From contig OY781945.1 in NCBI GenBank assembly GCA_963677435.1, positions 416,001 to 480,000 on the forward strand: a DNA stretch of 64,000 nt, read 5' to 3'. The position numbers and the translations under genes are program-made. Positions 62,099 to 64,000 of the stretch are shown here, piece by piece (position 1 is the stretch's first letter; every line of letters begins with the position of its first letter). Origin of the DNA: an uncultured Aliarcobacter sp. Lineage in GTDB: Bacteria > Campylobacterota > Campylobacteria > Campylobacterales > Arcobacteraceae. The notes under the pieces were generated by a model. That model saw only the letters and a program-made list of their open reading frames with translations, was not told where the DNA came from and did no database searches.

Positions 62099-62960
62099 TA
62101 ATGAAGAAATATTCTTATGTGCCATTTGTAATGTTGAAAGTGGTACATGTAATGAAGATTGTAAATTCTGTACACAAAGTGTAAGATATAAAGCTGATAT
62201 TCAAAGATATACACTAAAAAGTATAGAACAAATCGTATTAGAAGCAACAAAAGCCAGAGCAAATGGTGCTGTTGGATTTTGTTTAGTAACTGCTGGACTT
62301 GGTTTAACAGAGAAAAAAACTAAATTTATTGCCGAAGCTGCGCGTGCTATAAATAAAGAAAATTTAGGACTTAGATTAATTGCATGTAATGGAACGGCTA
62401 CAGTTGAGCAGTTAAAAGAGTTAAAAGCAGCAGGAATTAGCAATTACAACCATAATTTAGAAACATCAAGAGATTTTTATCCAACTATTTGTACTACTCA
62501 CTCTTGGGATGAGAGATATCAAACATGTTTAAATGTTAAAGAAGCTGGTTTAAAACTTGTTTGTGGTGGGATTTTTGGAATGGGTGAAACTCAAGAAGAT
62601 AGAATCTCTATGTTAGAGGCTATTAATTCATTAGATCCTATGAATGTTCCTCTTAACTTTTTTCATCCAAATAAAGCATTACCTATTGTTGAAAATACAA
62701 TTAATAGAGAAGAAGCATTTGACTTAATTACCTTAGCAAGAAAGATGATTCCTAATGCACATAAGATTATGGTTGCAGGTGGAAGAGAGTTAATGTTTGG
62801 TGATGAGCAATATGAAATTTTCAAAAGAGGAGCTAATGCTTTTGTTATTGGAGATTATTTAACTACAACTGGAAGAACTCCAAAAGATGATGTTGAAGCC
62901 CTTGAATCTTATGGTTATAAAATAGCTAAAAACTTTCATGTAATGCCTGACGAGAAATAG
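62088..62960 (+). CDS. bioB: Biotin synthase
   Basis: CNEDCKFCTQS radical SAM motif, YNHNLET, CGGIFGMGE, AGGRE, GDYLTT. Confidence 0.95.
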   Translation: MNDNNEEIFLCAICNVESGTCNEDCKFCTQSVRYKADIQRYTLKSIEQIVLEATKARANGAVGFCLVTAGLGLTEKKTKFIAEAARAINKENLGLRLIACNGTATVEQLKELKAAGISNYNHNLETSRDFYPTICTTHSWDERYQTCLNVKEAGLKLVCGGIFGMGETQEDRISMLEAINSLDPMNVPLNFFHPNKALPIVENTINREEAFDLITLARKMIPNAHKIMVAGGRELMFGDEQYEIFKRGANAFVIGDYLTTTGRTPKDDVEALESYGYKIAKNFHVMPDEK

Positions 62961-62970
62961 GAATAGTTTA

Positions 62971-64000
62971 ATGAGTGAAGAAATACTAATAATCATATCA
63001 ATTTCATTAATAATATTTACTTCACCATTAGTCTCAAAACTTTTAAAACTCCCTACAATACCTGTTGAAATTATGTTAGGTGCACTTGCCGCCTATTTTG
63101 CATTTATTGTTGATCATCCAATTTTTCATTTAGTAGCCGAATTAGGATTTTTATATTTAATGTTCCTTGCTGGTATTGAAATTGATTTGAAAAAACTTTT
63201 ATGTATCTCTCCTACGATGCTAAAGAAATCACTTTTATATAATGTTGTATTATTTTCAAGTTCAATTCTTATTACCTTATATTTTGATTTAGGAAATATA
63301 TTTATTGTTATCTTACCACTTATATCTATTGGTGTTTTAGCGGCACTTAAAAAAGAGTATGGAGATACTGAATGGATTAAACTAGCATTTATTGTTGGAC
63401 TAATTGGAGAAGTATTATCTATCTTTGCTCTTACTACTGTATCTGCCGTTTTAGAATTTGGCTTAGGCATAGATTTTTATAAAACAATGGCTTTATTTAT
63501 GTTATTTTTGGTTGTAATGTTAATTATTTATAAATTATTTCATAATTTTATTTGGTGGTTTCCTGAGATTAAAAACTATTTAATGCCAGAAAAAGATCAT
63601 CAAGAACAAGATATTAGAATTTCTATGGCAATATTCTTTTTAATGATTACAGTTATGATGTATTTGCATTTAGAAATTGCTTTTGGAGCATTTATTGCAG
63701 GAATATTCATTACAACATTTTTTGAAGAGCATAATAAGCAATTACCTCATAAATTAGAACATTTTGGATTTGGTTGGTTAGTTCCTATATTTTTTATATC
63801 AGTTGGTTCTTCATTAGAAATAGAAGCTTTATTAAATTGGGATTTAGTAATTAAAGCATTATTAATAACACTTGCAATGGTTGCTATTAGATTAATAGCA
63901 TCATTATTGTTTGTAAAAGAAATGGGTTGGAATAAGTTTTTTATGTTAGGACTATCACATTCAATGCCACTTACTCTTTTAATTGCTGTAAGTACAATTG
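62971..64000 (+). CDS. Cation:proton antiporter (CPA2 family), partial; runs off the window end and is absent from the ORF track
   Basis: ATG at 62971 after AGGA; MSEEILIIISISL...ELGFLYLMFLAGIEID...FGAFIAG...LVPIFFISVG. Confidence 0.88.
   Translation, partial: MSEEILIIISISLIIFTSPLVSKLLKLPTIPVEIMLGALAAYFAFIVDHPIFHLVAELGFLYLMFLAGIEIDLKKLLCISPTMLKKSLLYNVVLFSSSILITLYFDLGNIFIVILPLISIGVLAALKKEYGDTEWIKLAFIVGLIGEVLSIFALTTVSAVLEFGLGIDFYKTMALFMLFLVVMLIIYKLFHNFIWWFPEIKNYLMPEKDHQEQDIRISMAIFFLMITVMMYLHLEIAFGAFIAGIFITTFFEEHNKQLPHKLEHFGFGWLVPIFFISVGSSLEIEALLNWDLVIKALLITLAMVAIRLIASLLFVKEMGWNKFFMLGLSHSMPLTLLIAVSTI

Noticed and set aside
385..63470. Short alternative ORFs in the track (e.g. 385-618, 3202-3393, 13491-13919, 24953-25234, 41753-42019, 44330-44590, 63126-63470)
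   Set aside because: Antisense or off-frame shadows of well-supported genes, with no motifs
1..64000. CRISPR array, tRNA/rRNA, prophage or anti-phage defense system
   Set aside because: No spaced direct repeats, cloverleafs or phage genes seen; the patatin and AAA ATPase lack CBASS or other defense partners

Overview
AT-rich, mostly core-genome chromosomal segment of a Campylobacterota bacterium, most likely Arcobacteraceae. This is inferred from gene content and order: moaC-DUF493, queH-lpxB-fabZ-lpxA-clpX-mreBC, an epsilon-type nuo operon without NuoE/F, futalosine-pathway mqnD, and murB-topA-yfcE-bioB. About 60 CDSs are present. I saw no rRNA, tRNA, CRISPR array, transposase, integrase or prophage. 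Accessory-looking parts are a PlcP-like phospholipase C plus patatin pair, a SoxW-like double thioredoxin, a Tat-exported IorAB-type molybdoenzyme with XdhC and MocA, a c-type-heme GGDEF-EAL protein, NDH-2, a DauA/TetR/Sel1 block and an SLT protein. Best leads: (1) a pho-box-like direct repeat exactly 10 bp upstream of a -10 element, driving an apparently leaderless plcP-patatin operon; (2) the gene in the NuoF position is visibly an Fe-S-free duplicate of the C-terminal half of NuoG; (3) a lipoprotein gene that can only start at ATA; (4) YqhC-like AraC sites upstream of iorAB; (5) long palindromes or hairpins in the mnmG leader and the phosphodiesterase promoter. All family calls are by motif recognition, and no searches were run.
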